From IMG/VR virus record IMGVR_UViG_3300005573_000104, positions 1-60,003 of that record: a stretch of DNA of 60,003 bases. One strand, written 5' to 3'. The translations under genes and the position numbers were made by a program. Below the pieces are notes generated by a model. That model made no database searches. It saw only the letters and a program-made list of their open reading frames with translations, and had not been told where the DNA came from. Below, in pieces: positions 59,771 through 60,003 of this stretch. Source of the stretch: a virus. Lineage: Duplodnaviria > Caudoviricetes. The first letter of the stretch is position 1; each line of letters opens with the position of its first letter.

Positions 59771-59771
59771 C

Positions 59772-60003
59772 ATGGATAATTTATTTTTAAGAAATCTATT
59801 TAAATTTAACTTCTCTAATCCCCAACAACCCCCATCATCTACTGAAATGGAGGATGAGGATGTTGCTGGGTCCATGACATATAGTACGATAATGAATCGT
59901 AATTATCTCCAGTTTCTTGGAGATTTTACTGCTGTTACTAATAGGAGAAGAGAAGTATATAAGGATGTAGAATTATTAGATGAAGATGAGATAATATCCC
60001 AGG
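59772..60003 (+). CDS. probable portal protein, 5' part (runs off window)
   Basis: Open frame MDNLFLRN...NRRREVYKDVELLDEDEIISQ resembles the R-x-Y-x-D-x-E-x-M-D-x-D-x-x-I-S motif near the N-terminus of large-myovirus portals. Confidence 0.55.
   Translation, partial: MDNLFLRNLFKFNFSNPQQPPSSTEMEDEDVAGSMTYSTIMNRNYLQFLGDFTAVTNRRREVYKDVELLDEDEIISQ

Noticed and set aside
1-60003. Stop-codon reassignment, tRNA or rRNA genes
   Set aside because: Coding density is high in the standard code with TAA, TAG and TGA all used as stops; no cloverleaf or rRNA-like sequence was recognised by eye (tRNAscan not run)

Overview
This is a 60 kb segment of a large, AT-rich dsDNA tailed-phage genome. Essentially all credible genes are on the + strand, in the standard bacterial code. 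It carries a replication and recombination set (SbcC-like ATPase, DinG/XPD helicase, UDG-exonuclease-PolA fusion polymerase, SF2 helicase, DnaB-like helicase, primase, dTMP kinase-like and HD nucleotidase). It also has a terminase large subunit, GroES, HU, a block of putative head-associated and structural genes, two holin-like genes and the start of a probable portal gene. Accessory cargo includes five orphan N4/N6 DNA methyltransferases, a pyruvoyl-dependent arginine decarboxylase, a DUF1874/AcrIII-1-like protein, a NADAR, a lone HicB-like antitoxin and glycosyltransferase-like genes. Mobile DNA consists of one tnpB-only IS605-type element, two IS607 elements and two deletion derivatives. 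The most notable unexplained signals are: (1) five copies of a strictly spaced ECF-sigma-type promoter, GGAACC-N16-CGTT, heading clusters of small unknown genes, alongside a phage-encoded sigma-like gene; (2) a ~150 nt multi-branched structured element right after terL; (3) a free-standing Hint domain lacking the splicing residues; (4) a shared D-x-I-V-x-x-I-L-x-E motif on a set of putative capsid-packaged proteins; (5) TnpB-element deletion derivatives that join the left end to the last CxxC of tnpB. All family assignments come from motif recognition by eye; no database searches or folding programs were run.
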